From contig CM097888.1 in the NCBI GenBank assembly GCA_044892525.1, forward strand, positions 62,868,001 through 62,932,000: 64,000 bases of DNA, given 5' to 3'. Source of the stretch: Schmidtea polychroa (lineage: Eukaryota). Below are positions 1 to 27,155 of the stretch, piece by piece. Position numbers and translations under genes: made by a program. The notes under the pieces are model-generated. The model was not told the DNA's origin. It searched no databases and worked only from the letters and a program-made list of their open reading frames with translations. Numbering within the stretch: the stretch's first letter is position 1; every line of letters starts with the position of its first letter.

Positions 1-109
1 TATGCAATGTTGTGTTGCATACTATTTCACTATTTTTGTTATGTTCATTCATTAGTGTTATGTATGATCTTATTAATTTATAGTAGATAGATATTATGAT
101 TGCTGTTTA

Positions 110-200
110 GAAATTTGTTGAACCCAACCGAGTCACCTGTAAAAATACTGTCTCGGGACAGTTGGGGTGCTTGTTTGTATATTAATAAAAATAACTAAAA
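110..200. repeat. Dispersed repeat (possible LTR fragment); diverged inverted copy at about 4765-4840
   Basis: agaaatttgttgaacccaaccgagtcacctgtaaaaatactgtctcgggacagttggggtgcttg aligns by eye with the reverse complement of 4770-4840. Confidence 0.5.
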
Positions 201-1149
201 TAAAATTACAAATTTAATACTTTGTAAAATTGTCCGGAAGCAAAGATTTAGGTCTTTATTTGTAATAGAAGAATAACTATATACTGGAGGATGATTTACA
301 GAAAATAACTTCGAATAGTTTTGTTTTGTCTCACACTTATCAATAATCACTTTGCTTCTTAATATTTAGTTTGAATTCCAATTTTAACTTCAGTTTTGTA
401 TAGTTTAATTACTTACCAATTCTTTTACTCTTATCGAATTTTATTTTTAATTTGTCAATTTTACTATAGTAAATTATCCCTATATTGTGTTTTTTTATTT
501 TCTTCTTTTACGCAGTACGCAATAACAAAACTAGCAATGTACTATAAATCTTAATTACAAATAAAAAATACAACACTACACTTTAATTAGTATTAAATTT
601 ATCTGCAAGATTAATTTTTTATGGATACTTTCCCTCGGATATGATTTTAGGCGATTAGACTGAATTTTTTCTCCACTAAAAATACAATATTTTGAAAACT
701 AATAATTAATTTTCTACCTCTACTTTATTAAAATAACTGAGCTTATAAATCTAACATTTAAATCAGTTGTGCCAAACCGACGGCCGTCGGTTATATATAT
801 GCTTCAGCGTCGTTCAAAGTTGACCCGAACAATTACACAATATTTTGTAATTTTTAGATTTTATTTATTCAAAATAATAGAACAAATAAATGATTTATTA
901 TACAAATAAAACAAATTTCATAAGAAAATTAAAATTTTGCTGAAAAAGGCTAATTTTTCTCTTCAATATTTAATTAAAGAAAAATGGTTTTTCCTCGTAT
1001 GTCATGAAAAAATGTAAAATTAAATAGTTAAATCAATCTTGGCTTTAAAATTCTGCAAATTCATCATTAATTTATTATTCACAAGTTTCCAATTTTTCAA
1101 AAAACGTGCCAAATCACTCATTTAAACCAATTAATTCAGATATCCAACT

Positions 1150-4100
1150 CTCATTCTTAAAATTTTTCCAATTCTTCAGCCACTCGATTCTTCTTTTTTT
1201 CGTTCCTTCTTGTAAATGTAGTTCGACTCAATGAGTTGATAGAAATCTGATGATTTTATATAGGCCATCGTACTGCATACCATACCTGTGTCTGTTCTGC
1301 TGTTCTTTGCGTACCAGTACCACATTTGTCTTATCCATAGCTGTCATAGTGTCTGCAACTTTACTCGAGTTAAATCGCGCGTCTTCCATTCTTTCGCTCT
1401 TGATATCTCAGCTTGTTTCAGATTAGAATAAAGGTTAACACTTCGTCTTCAAATGGTGATAAACTTGTAGCACTCTGTCAACTGATATTTATATTGAATT
1501 CTATTCTACAGGGGTCGTCAAACTACGGCACACATACAGCCCACCGAAGACATTTATCCTGTCCACCGGATATAATTTACCAAATGGAACTGGCTGAACT
1601 GCAGAATTGTGAGTCTCTGAAAGACGCGTTCAGTTCAAGCAGCCTTCCTAATTTCTATGCATCTCTTCTCGCTGAGACATATTCCAATCTCAGAAACCAT
1701 TCACTCGTATTGGTAATAATCTTTGACAGTACTTATATCTGTGAACAGACTTTTTCTAAGATGAAACATTTTAAATCTCCAACCAAATCTAGACTTACTG
1801 ATACACACTTGCGTCACTTGGTAATATTAGCAGTGACAAATATGGAACCGGACATTGACCATCTTATCAGCCAAAAACAGGCCCATAGTTCCTATTGAAA
1901 TATTTGATAGTTGGGAAATTTAACTTTATTTGTTCTTCAATTTAATTGTTGTACTTATTTCTATTGTTTTCAAATAAAGATTTTTCAAAACGATTTTTTA
2001 ATTTAGTTCGGTCCTTCAAAGGCCTGAGGGACAGTGAACCAGCCTATTTTGAAAAGGTTTGAGGACCCCGGCTATTCTAGGTAGAAGTTCATGCCAGTTT
2101 CTCTCTTCACATCCACCTGCCAATGTTGCTGTGATAAGATCTCTTATCGTTCGTATGGCTCGTTCGGCTAAACCATTTGATTGGTGCTGGTAAGTTGAGG
2201 TGAATTCCTGTTTGATTCCAAGTTTCTATCTTAGGAAATTCCATTCAAAATTGCGGCCTCTCTGTTAAAAAGCTCTTTGGTTCGAGAAATAAATGTTTTC
2301 TTGGTTCTTCATTGATCGATCTTTCTTTAAGAGCAGATCTTGCAACATCGTAAACAGAGTTGAATTTTTTCTTGCATTTTTGACAAGTAATTATATTTTC
2401 CATATAATGAAGTAATTTCTTAACTCCAATATGACATATTTCTTCATGTAGGGTTTTTGTTCACAGGCATGCAAAAGTTTCTGTGACTAACATTAACATA
2501 TTTTTGTTCTTTTCTACTATAATTAATTCTTCATCAATTTGTGTATTATTTAAGTTAAATGGTAAACAATTCTTTTTTTTCCAGTGTTCATCTAATTTTC
2601 AATATCTCTCACATTTTTCGGAACCGAATGCCCTTTTGTTGTCGTTCCCATACTTTTCCATAGTTTCTGTTCTTTGGATAGTATATATATTTTCAATCCT
2701 TAGCTTCTTCATGTCTTGTTAATCTTGATAGTCCATCTGCATTCGAGTATTATTCACCTTTCTAATATTTTAATTCAAAATTATATTGCGACAGGTTAGC
2801 TAACCATGTTTTTAACTGCGGACTTATTGGCGTTTTCGTAGTGTTCATGAAAACTAATGCTTTGTGGTCGGTGCGAATTATGAATTTCTTCCCGTAAAGA
2901 TATTATATAAAATGCATGGCGTATTAATGTACGACGAGCAGTTCTTTTTTGGTTACACAGTAACTATTTTCATGTGATTACATATGTCTCGAGCCATAAG
3001 CTATGACAGATTCTTCTCCATCTTCTTTATTTTGACTTAAAACTGCACCAATAGCTCCAAAACTAGTGTCTCTGTCTAGGATAAAAGTCAATCCTTTTCT
3101 TGAAAAATCAAGGATAGGTGCCTCGCACAACCATCTCTTCAGTGTTTGAAAGCTCTCATTGCATTCTTTAGTCCAATTTATTTCTTTATCGCATCCAGAT
3201 GTTGCGGCGTATAATGGTTCAGCGATTTTGGCATAATCTTTGATAAATCTTCTATAATAGTTCGTTAATCCGAGAATCGATCTTAATTGTTTTGAACATA
3301 TCAAGATATCATCTAGATAAACTACTACTCCTTTGAAAAGCATTCCTTCTAGTACTGTGTGCATCAGTCTCTGGAATTTCGCTGAGGCTGTTGCTAAGTC
3401 AAACAGTAGTCTATTGAAGTCCTTCTCTTGTACTGAATATAGTCATTTCTTGAATTTCTGGGGCCAACTTTACTTGATAATACACATGGCCTAAATCAAT
3501 TGACGAAAATATTTTTGTATTCGCAAGACAGTCTAGTAGGAATTTGGTATTAGACATCGAAATGACTCCTTTTCTGTTATGGCATTCAATCCCCAATAAT
3601 CTACACACATACTGATGGATCCATATTTCTTCCCTACTATCACTAACGAGGCATTTCAAGGACTCTTGCAACACCGAATAACATTTGCTCTCATTAACTC
3701 TTTTATCAGCTCTTCAATCCTTTTCTCCGTGTGCATTGTTTGACGTCGAGGATGTTGCATTATTGGGACTCATGTTATCTCCATCTCATGTCGAACTAAG
3801 TTTGTAACTTCCAGATAAAATTTCGATGCCATAAATATTTCGCCGTATTCCTTGATCATTCCTTTAATATCTTTACTATTATCACCTTAAATAGCCACTA
3901 GTGCTTTATTTATTCTTTCTTCATCAGTGTGGATTTTGTTTATCAATGACGTTTTTATATTGATCTTCACAAACTTTACTTCAAACTCTTTCATTGTATC
4001 AATACCCCATATGAATTCGGGCTTGATCTCTTTTACCACTACTACTGTGATTATTTTAGTCTTCTGATTCCATGTGGCTGATATAGTTATTTACCCTATT

Positions 4101-4150
4101 ACTTCTTCAGCTCCAGTTGAAAATAGTCCGCATATAATATCGCACTACGT
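1150..4150 (-). mobile_element. Degenerate Ty3/Gypsy pol (RT, RNase H, integrase), broken by stops and frameshifts
   Basis: ORF 2978-3364 has YLDD plus LGLTNYYRRFIKDYAKIAEPL and GAVLSQ..IAYGSR. ORF 3411-3674 has FSSIDLGHVYYQV. Minus strand near 2100-2200 reads YQHQSNGLAERAIRTIRDL (integrase core). Confidence 0.9.
1509..2071 (+). mobile_element. Non-autonomous hAT derivative (563 bp) inserted in the Gypsy integrase; carries a hAT C-terminal dimerisation fragment
   Basis: TIRs CAGGGGTCGTCAAACT / GGTTTGAGGACCCCGG; perfect 8-bp TSD CTATTCTA (1501-1508, 2072-2079); ORF contains FDSTYICEQTFSKMK..KSRLTD.HL. Confidence 0.93.
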
Positions 4151-5074
4151 TGAAGGTCAGGTTTACCTATTTACTCCCACAAATATAAAACAATATAGTA
4201 AATAACGAAATTAAAAATTAAAAAACAAAAATAAAAAAATCAATAAGAAAAGAATTAAAACTGAATTTGAGCTCTAAATTTCAAAACAAAGAAACAGAAT
4301 TACAATCATAGGATCAAATCGAATTGAGTCTTATAATATTTAAGTGAAAAAAAGAGCAAACTCAAGAAGGTAATTTGGATTAAAATTCGTAACTTCAAGT
4401 GAAGAAGCTGATATACAATCAGAGATATAGACCAAATTAAAACCTACTATTTCCAAGTAAAGTAAAAGAAATAAAATCAAGATCGTAAGACAAAGGCTCG
4501 GCTTTTGATTCAGGCTATCACCCCTCGAAGACTAGTCCGAGAAATTTCTGATTTAAACTTCTATATCAAATCCGCCAACTAATTTTACCGGGAGATTATC
4601 TCACAAGTATCCGTGAATCACCAATTACAATTAACTGTCCGAGTCACCGTATTCTGCCTATCTGATAAAGTATTATTTATTAATTAATAAAATTGTAATT
4701 TTTAGGTTAGTTATCTGTTAGTTTATTATTTTATCATTAATATTATTATTTGAGTTGTAATACACATTACACACAAGCATCCCGACTGTCCCACCACATA
4801 TTTTACTGGAGACTCTGTCAAGCTCAACAGATTTTCTCGACACACCAAATTATAAAAACAACCATAAAACAAATTATAATAACAATCAACTAATAACGAG
4901 ACCACTATAGTTTTCTAGTAAGTAACAGCAATACCATAACAATTACTTTAATTTACTTAAATTTCCATATTTTTAAACATTACCCTAATTTCTCATAAGT
5001 CAATGAATTTTATTAATATCTAACCAAAACAATACATGTATCAAAATCTTGCGACCATAATATGATTTGGTTTT

Positions 5075-5240
5075 TAACGAGACCTGGATTTTGTGTACAA
5101 AAAATTTTATAAACCTTAAAATACTTAAGCTTTTTTAGTGAGAGCCGGTTTTCTATATAAAAAAATCCAGGGACCTATAAATACTTTAGTTTTTTTTTAA
5201 CTAAAATCGGATTTTGTGTACAAAAATATATAAGGACGTT
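5075..5240. repeat. Short diverged tandem array (about 63-bp unit, about 3 copies)
   Basis: Recurrent (c/t)gg(a/t)ttt(t/c)(g/t)...aaaaa...aaatact motif at roughly 63-bp spacing. Confidence 0.5.
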
Positions 5241-5289
5241 GTACGTGTTTATAAATTATTAAAATTAATTTTAAACATTGCTAATTCTT

Positions 5290-5660
5290 TAACTTTTTCT
5301 GTCAAATTTTAATTCTGTTTGAATAAGAATTCGATTTCTGAATGATGTCGAACTCTTAGTCTCTTTAAGGAATTATTTTGCAACCTTTAAAAGTAAATGT
5401 TTTCAAAATTAATAAATAAAATATTCATTACCGTTCTTTCATTATTGGATGTTGTAGACGTTGATAGATTTTTAAAGGAGAATTTGAATCACAAGATTCA
5501 ATGTTCGTAACTGTGCCATTACTGTTACCATAATACAGCCATAATATCCCATTTATATTGTTGAACTTATGTCTCAAATTTTGTCATTTTCATTTGAATT
5601 CTAATCTATGCAAGCATATGCATTTTTAAATATAATAAAATTAATCCCATTCAAAACATT
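5290..5660 (-). pseudogene. Paralogous exon-intron-exon fragment of the coiled-coil gene at 35450-35830
   Basis: 5320-5520 aligns closely with 35505-35760 (gaattcgatttctga.tgatgtcgaactct...gaatcacaagattcaatgttc), including the same GTAATG donor; this copy lacks about 45 nt. Confidence 0.6.
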
Positions 5661-5833
5661 TCGAAACTTGTTTATTCTCATTTGATTCTTAATTTACTTT
5701 TAATTTCTAAAATAATATTGTTTTAATATTTGTTCTTTTAAATTAATCAAATTCAAATGATATGATTTCAATATTATTAAATTATTATTAAATTATTTCT
5801 TATTATTTAAAGAATTTGTGTTAATACATATTT

Positions 5834-6784
5834 ATGGAACCCCTTTATCTATTCATTGGTTCTACGCATTATATTGCACATGTATTTATGTTGAATAAAG
5901 ATTTATATTCTGGTGATGTAGAAGGAAATATAATTAAATGGAATTTTGAATCCCGGCGTTCTGAAATCAAATGGAAAGCACATGAAAAATGTATTTTAAG
6001 TATTGACTATTTGCGAAGCAAGAACCATTTAGTAACTCATGGCAGAGATGGGTACTTGAAATTTTGGTTGAAGTCAGAAAATAAATTTGTTGAAATAAAT
6101 CGTATCGAGTCAAATCCTTATAGTTTCTGTCAAATGGCATTATGCCATTCATATAAAAATGGTGAGTTTGTTTCTTTTGATTTAGACGATGACGATCATA
6201 CTATCGAAATAGTGGAATATCCAAAAGACTTAATTACATACAACTTGTGTGTTAAACCACCTAAAAACCTATCTTTAAAATCGTATGGAATGGTTATGTC
6301 TATATCGATATTAGACACAAAAATAATGTTTGTAGGATATGAATCTGGATACGTGATAATGTTCAAAGAATTTCAATATTATTCAGCTATTAAAGTAGCT
6401 GATTGTATAATATGCATGGCAGTTAGCCAAAATCGATTACTAATTATTGGAACACCGAATAACGAATTAATTGTGATAGAAATTGATTGTAATTTTAGTT
6501 CTATGAGTGAAAAAAAGAAAATATTAATAAAAAATCCCGGAATCAGTTCAATAGTATTTAGACAAGATGAGAAAATATTTGCAACGGCTGGTTGGGATGG
6601 ACTAATTAGAGTATTTTCTAGCAAGAGTTTGAAACAGTTAGTCACTCTTAAATGGAATATTGACCATTGTCAAACAGACACAGTTAACCGTCATTTGGCA
6701 ATCGCTTTCACTGATGAAAATTATTTGATATCTGGATCCGATGATAAAATTATTTGTTTTTGGGATGTTTTTCGTAATAAATGA
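5834..6784 (+). CDS. GNB1L: WD40-repeat protein, GNB1L/Asa1-like, single exon, 316 aa
   Basis: Intact ORF with WD repeats (LYSGDVEGNIIKW, LVTHGRDGYLKFW, LISGSDDKIICFWD) and the family-type segment FRQDEKIFATAGWDGLIRVFSSKSLKQLVTLK. Confidence 0.8.
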   Translation: MEPLYLFIGSTHYIAHVFMLNKDLYSGDVEGNIIKWNFESRRSEIKWKAHEKCILSIDYLRSKNHLVTHGRDGYLKFWLKSENKFVEINRIESNPYSFCQMALCHSYKNGEFVSFDLDDDDHTIEIVEYPKDLITYNLCVKPPKNLSLKSYGMVMSISILDTKIMFVGYESGYVIMFKEFQYYSAIKVADCIICMAVSQNRLLIIGTPNNELIVIEIDCNFSSMSEKKKILIKNPGISSIVFRQDEKIFATAGWDGLIRVFSSKSLKQLVTLKWNIDHCQTDTVNRHLAIAFTDENYLISGSDDKIICFWDVFRNK

Positions 6785-7921
6785 AAATTAAGATTTACAT
6801 TTTGATAATTTTAAATAACAATTTTAGTTTTTGATTTATGTTAAGCTGATAACCCACCGAAATAAAAAAACATTTGTTTCAAAGGACAGAATGAGATAAG
6901 GAGTAAAAATCTTTTTAAATTAAACTAAAATGATTTAAGGATTTACCAAATTGAGAAAGGACCACCAATGGAGTGAAGAGGTTAATACCCTGTAATTTTA
7001 TCATATACACCTATTGAAATACACTTCTTGTTAATTTTAATTACTTTTATAAAAATAGTAGCTTAGGAAATAAAATTTGATTCTATAAAGCTATTAGCGA
7101 AATTTTTCCTGTAAAAAGTCATTTTGTGACTTGTAAGAAAGCAAAATGAATATGATGTTGAATATATTCCAATTGTTGTAGTGCCACTAAGTCGACACAA
7201 GATTTAACGCATGTCTAGAGGATGAAGATCTCTTACCGAAATTACAAACAGATTTGCCGAAACTTAGCTGTACTCCACTCGACTGCTTTCACGACATGGC
7301 ACCCACGATTTACATCGTTTTGGTACTGTAAAATGGAGACGAAACATGATAAAACAGGTGGGACCCTGCCTTAGGACTACTCTTTCATGATGTTTCGACT
7401 TACTGCCGATGAAGGACTTACGTCTCGTCTCCGTCATGCACTATTGATGTAGATTTTCTAAATTACCCATACCTTCGGAATGCACCTCGGAATTATTAGA
7501 AAGACAACAAAAAATCAGACTACGTCACTACCACTGCTTAGATTCACTATACTGATAAATGAAAAATCAAAATGAATTAATATCGCAAAAACTTTTATTA
7601 GTACAAAGAAAATTAAGGTCAAAACAATGATATGCAAAAGCAAAAATGGGATCACTGTACAAAATTAAGTCTCAAGGTTTTGGTGTGATACAGGTAAGCA
7701 TACAATTTACCTTGTTGTGCTGCTTCCAGCGTAACCCAGAATACAAACAATGTTTCTCCGCTTGATACCCTTCGAGAGATCAACGTTGGTAATGTATCAA
7801 GTAAGTGAGTGCTCGCGAAAAGTGAGAGCACTATAATTAAAGGCCTGTGTCCGCTTTCGCCTGGTCCTTTTACTAGTGAAAATTAATTATTATTTATTAA
7901 AATACAACACATCATTCAAGT

Positions 7922-10355
7922 TTATTTTGGAGTAATTTCTCGTTGCCGGTCTGCGTCGGACGTTCGGAGCTTCTTCAACTTCCCCAGAGTGTCGCAGTCC
8001 ATCTGCTTACGTTTAGGCTTGCTAGGTTGACCTGGTGGATAAATTGCAGCAAGCTCTGTTGGCAGAGTTAGGATCTGCTCGGCTACATCGTTGTCGATGG
8101 CCTGCTGGTGAAGTTGGGTCTCCAGTGTGCGCATCTGGATCTCCAGGACACAGATCTTGGTCTGGTTTTGCACTCCTTAACACTAGGACGGCCAGAGCGG
8201 TCATTTTGACCGTTAAGCAATTTCATTTTTATTTTGTGAGAAAACGAAAAGGAATTAACGTCTCATATTTTGTGACAATTATTCATTTTTAGTGAACTTG
8301 TTGTGCATATCAAAGCTTCAATTATAGCATTTGTCACGACTGAGATAATGAGGCCATCCCCATGGAAGGCCGAACCGGTCAATTTGACCGGTATCTTGAA
8401 ACACACAAGAAAATCACACATAATCATCTTACATACTAGAAAATATAAAACCAAATATAATTTACACACAACCGAAGCATTTAACAGTCATTTGGGAATG
8501 TTTTCCACAGTAAACTTTACTACATACATGGCATATAGCTCCGGATTTGTTATCACAATGAGGAGCAGAACAAGTTTTTCGCTTCTTTAATTTTGGTTGT
8601 TCAGAACAGAGTTCACCAGAGATGGGACTTGCTGTTCGACGGCTTTTGAACTCCTCACAAAGAGATGCAGCTAATTCAAAAATAAAATCCCTTCTTTTTA
8701 TAGTTGATCCCGTAGCATCTTTGAAAATAACATGAGCGTTGAGAGCTGCTTTATCAAGCAAATCATAGAAAGTAGCGACTGGCCATCTTGCTGTTGCGGC
8801 TTTAGTGCTGTCAGTGCAGACATTGTATCCTTTATTGAAAAATGGCTCCATTAGTTTCCTGACTACAAAATCACCCAGCCGTAATCCACAGCGTTCGTTT
8901 CTATCGTGAGCCCCTAAATATGGCATTTGATTGATGACAAATTTGGTTTTGACATCACTGAGAATCCAGTATTTGATACCGAATTTATCAGGCTTATTTG
9001 GCATAAATTGGATGAAGCAACACCTATTTTTTAGCGTCAAAAGTTGCACGTCGACAGTAAGGAAGGGATTACGAGTATAAACTTGAAGACAGTTTGAAAC
9101 AATAAGTCAAATATTTCACGAAAATGGGCATATTTATCTTGTTCTACTCTTTGACGTCGAGAACATTGTTCATCAAAACGAAGAAAGCGCACTATCTCAC
9201 GGAAACGGTTCCGAGACATGACTTCTCTAAAGTAAGGAGATCCAAATTGAGATGACCAGATTGAATTGATAGAATGTCGGCGAAAGCCTAACACACCACG
9301 GAGATACAGCAATCCAAGAAAAGCATCTAATTCTTGTAGACTGATACACCAGTCTGACGAAGCTTCTTTTCCTTTCATAATTGTGTATTTTTGAATTAAC
9401 TTCAGCATTCCTTCAGAGACTATCAAGCGCCAAGCGCTCAGGGGTGAGTCAATTTTGCGCTTTGCAAAAGCTTTCACACCAGGTGTTCCACTAAAAATAT
9501 TGTGCGCAGGGAATCTGCCAACACTAATAGCGTGATTGTTTTCTACTCGATTCCAAAGAGTGCCATCCCTGCTAGATAAAAGCTGATTTTCTAATGAAGA
9601 AATTGAGCTATTGACTGACTCATTGTCACTTTCTAACGAACTTTCTAACGAACGAAACGTCAAATTTATTATTGGATTCTAATGAAAACACGGTTTTATA
9701 ATGTTTGTTATCCCAAGAAGTTCAAAGATTTTCTATAACAATTATTAGATATTGTCTTATGACATTTCGTTAAGTTTTTCGTTTGATTCTTTTAATTTAC
9801 CAAATTTCAAAACTTAGAACTCTTAATGCTTGCTTAATTACACTTTTAATAAGCACTATCTTTGAATAAAAGCAAGAGAATATTTATAAACAAGAAATGA
9901 AGTATACATACATACCAGTCTGAATAAACGCGAAGACAATGTTTAAAATAGTGTAGCTTTGTGTCAGCTAAACAAATATTTTTATTTCATTGTTGTAAGT
10001 GGTTTAATAAATTAACTACTGTTAGAATAAAAATAATTAAATTTTGAAAGCGTGTTAGTAGCACAAAGAAAGTATTGCTAAATGAGTTGCATCATAGAAA
10101 TCTCAGCATGAAAATAAGGAGCATATGTGCACCGGTCAAATTGACCGGTTTGGCCTTCCAAGGTATAAAATATTTCCGGCCGTCCTAGTGTTAAAGTTGA
10201 AGCTGTTGGATGAGCGTCAACCGTTTCTTCATTTCGGTGGGGCTGAACCAGGTGCTCTCAAGCTCCCGGTATTGCCCCTTGAACTTGGATATTCTGGCCT
10301 GGAGACTTTCTACTTGCTGTTGGACTTGTTCCCTATCCTTACGTAGGTGCTCCAT
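7922..10355 (-). pseudogene. Orphan about 140-codon helical/coiled-coil ORF split by piggyBac copy A (parts 10355-10191 and 8176-7922)
   Basis: Removing the piggyBac and one TTAA gives one frame MEHLRKDREQVQQQVESLQARISKFK...IQQLQL*GVQNQTKICVLEIQMRTLETQLHQQ...; the only stop is the TAA inside the TTAA target. Confidence 0.6.
8181..10190 (-). mobile_element. piggyBac copy A, internally deleted derivative (2010 bp)
   Basis: TTAA TSDs at 8177-8180 and 10191-10194; 13-bp TIR CACTAGGACGGCC; nearly identical to 27156-29679 except two internal deletions and a frameshift near 9100. Confidence 0.97.
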
Positions 10356-10841
10356 GAGGTTGAACACTAAAATTTAAAAGAGCACCCATTAATCTATAAC
10401 TTACACTTCGATAATCTGTTTTCCAAAATTATTTATACTTCCATATCTATTGTTTCATACGCCCTTATCTCTCTGCTACTTTGAGTGACTACCACAAACC
10501 TTCGNNNNNNNNNNNNNNNNNNNNNNNNNNNNNNNNNNNNNNNNNNNNNNNNNNNNNNNNNNNNNNNNNNNNNNNNNNNNNNNNNNNNNNNNNNNNNNNN
10601 NNNNNNNNNNNNNNNNNNNNNNNNNNNNNNNNNNNNNNNNNNNNNNNNNNNNNNNNNNNNNNNNNNNNNNNNNNNNNNGATGGTGAGTTTGAAGGTTATA
10701 CCTTTGACTGGTCCAAGGTTCAAAAATTTTGAAACCTAATACTATACATATCAAACAAAAGTATTAAGAATGAGCCTGATCCATCAAACATATAAAACCT
10801 TCAAGGGGTCCAAAACCTTAAAAGCCTTATAACATATAAGG

Positions 10842-10842
<1 letters not shown>

Positions 10843-10929
<87 letters not shown>
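10843..10929. repeat. (AT)n microsatellite
   Basis: Uninterrupted TA dinucleotide run. Confidence 0.98.
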
Positions 10930-10931
<2 letters not shown>

Positions 10932-11762
10932 AACAAAAGGTAATATATAGATGAGTATAATGGTCATACCCTCAAAGGGTCCAAGGTTCAAAAAGAACAC
11001 ACGTCATCGGAATCGTGTAGCTAGTAGATAGTTTTATTTTATATTATCATTGTTGATTCGCTCATTATAATTTAACGTTCATGTCTCATTTTGGCGCCCA
11101 GTAACAGATGTTCCCTACTCCCCTCTAACTACGCCTATGCTTATTTATAATTATTGTAATATGTGATGAATGAATAAATTATAATGAATTATTTAAAATA
11201 TGAAAACATTATTTCACTAACAATTTGTAATGTTGTTTGAATAATAGACACATTTTGGTTATACTTTCAATTGACTCGTTCTTATGCTAACACTTATAAT
11301 TCGAAATTAAAAATTGAAATTAAATTATGCGATTAATTTATGGACTTGTTTTAATAGAATGCAGTATTTATTTAAAGTTTAGATTTATTTGAATAAAACT
11401 GCAATTTTTTATTATTTAGAATAAATTTTTGTCAAATTTAGAAATTTTTTTCAGTCAATGTGATTAAAGAAATTAATTCTAAATAATAAATTATTACAAA
11501 TTGATAAATATTACACAAATAAGCAATTGGAATGTTGAAACAAATTTTTTGCAGACAAATATCTTTGGTGTGGTCTTAATTCATTCTCAAATTTATTGTT
11601 TATTCGTTCATCTGTTGTTTTCACACAAATACCAAATTTAATTAGCAATTACTATATAATGTAACCATGTGATTCTAAAAATGAACTAGGTCAAAGTTCA
11701 AGCGCAAACAAATTATGAAAATTTATATAACTTCAATTACCACTTTAATTAATCATTTGAAT

Positions 11763-25223
<13,461 letters not shown>

Positions 25224-25685
25224 TTGAAAACAAAATATATTATTTATTTTTAATTTGTGAAAAAACTTTATGCAAATCGTTAACCAACGTTAAAATTTTG
25301 ATTAATAAATTATATAATCCTTAAGAATTCGGCACAGCCTTTTTAAGTGATATTTCTTGTAAAAGTTCAAGATTTTATTTTAATTGAAATAAACAAGTCC
25401 TATAAAAGATGTAAAAAGAAAGATAATGGAAGGAATGATATTAATTGGTATTTTAAAGGTAACATTTCAGAAAGGTAAAAATAAAATTTAGCAAACAGTA
25501 AAAATGTAATGAAATTTAATATAGGAAATGTGTTGTAAAATATGTGAAACAGTAAAGGTTGTTTTAGTAGAAAGCGTGTGTCCGACTTTCAGTTAGGTCC
25601 CTTTCTGCATGTCGTCTCTTAGCTATACTTGTCTCTCTGGAACCGACATTTAGCAGATGCATGACAGATTTAAGATAAGATTTTT

Positions 25686-25905
25686 ATTTATTTACATTGA
25701 ACTTAAAGTTCCGTTCCGGTTTTCGTGAATGCATCCGTAGCCATGGTCCCAAAGCCGCGTTCGAAATCTTCTTGATAGGGATTCATTGAGGCTTAGTAGC
25801 CCCAGCCAACTCTAGACTTACATACTGGATATATTGGATCAGGTCCCAATCGACTGTATCCTGGTTGACCTGCGTCTTCAACTGACGCACTCGAATCATG
25901 AGAGC
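25686..25905 (-). pseudogene. Second, diverged copy of the orphan ORF family seen at 7922-8176
   Basis: Reads ALMIRVRQLKTQVNQDTVDWDLIQYIQYVSLELAGATKPQ*; 14/39 ungapped identities to VLEIQMRTLETQLHQQAIDNDVAEQILTLPTELAAIYPP. Confidence 0.6.
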
Positions 25906-27155
25906 TTTCATCTCAATTTTATCTTATTTATTTTGTGTCAATATGTATCAATATGTGTCAATATATGTAATACAGGGATTGCAAAGAATCTCGCATATCT
26001 CAAGTCAAAACAACACAAAAATCAGTCCAACACTGTATTTTTTATGAAGTTACATAACAATGAAAATAAACAAAAATTCCGCTCACTCTCTAGTTTTCTG
26101 AACCCAAAAGTTGGCATAAAATACTTAAATTTGTGACCGAAATTCATTGGTATATATACCCTAATTTATCTAGAATATTCTGTTTTTTACCGATATATAA
26201 TTCTCATTTATTTTAAATTTTATGTTATTTCTTTTTGTTTTTAGTTAATTTAATTATTAAATGTTTTTAGTTAACTTTTCTAAATTACTTGGCGACCATG
26301 ATGAATTTCGCCATTTTTACGGAATATTCTAGTTTTTCTAGTTATTCCATTGTAATTTTTATTTCAAATTCATTTTTTGTTGAAATCTTTCTAATTTCCA
26401 GTCCTATATCTACTTATCGACATTAATTCAAATTTGCTTACTTCTGTAATGTATCTATGTTGTGTTTGAGTTGACTTCATGTAATACTTCTTGCTTTAGT
26501 TTCATTTTATTTTACTTTGAGTTTATTATTTTGGTGTTAAGTGAATTCTGTTTAATTGTTTAGTTGATGTTCGAACGTGTTTTGGGTTTAACTCAACTTG
26601 ATGTTATGTTTGTGTACCTTGCGCCAACGCCTTTCAGTCTTGATCCAACCATTTGGATTCAAAATCAGTTCTAGCCCAACTTACACATACAAATAATATC
26701 TATTTACTTACATAATCATCAGAAACGGATGTCATATTAAAAACAGAAACTGATCGGAATAAGCACTAACAAAGTGAAAATGAGGAAGAGTTTGAAACCG
26801 CTGCGGACGGAACTGTTTGGAAAAAAATAAAAGAAGGGTCTAATCGAGTAAAAATGCTGATAAATAAAATATTATAAAGGGCAGAGTTGAATCGGTATTT
26901 TCTTGATCATTGATCATAACATGATTGAACATGTAAGAAAATATACGGAATAAGAGGCATTTCAAATGTTGATAACGAAATGGAATCTATTACAAAATTA
27001 TATGCATTCATTGGACTTCTATATGCACGCGGCTCATATGAGGCTAAAAATATAAATATATCATATTTATGGAACAAGAAATGGGATTCGTCATTTTTCT
27101 CGATAACAATGAGCCAAAATGATTTTACTAAAACCATGAGATTTATACGGTTTAA

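Noticed and set aside
110-4840. Paired LTRs of the Gypsy remnant
   Set aside because: The two similar segments are inverted rather than direct, and no PBS/PPT or TSD could be found.
8263-8590. ORFs 8263-8469 and 8303-8590 and their twins at 27238-27565
   Set aside because: They are antisense or 3' non-coding frames of the piggyBac; recurrence just reflects two copies of the element.
10433-10754. ORFs spanning N runs (also near 21521, 32852, 33447, 34022, 60122)
   Set aside because: Artefacts of translating assembly gaps.
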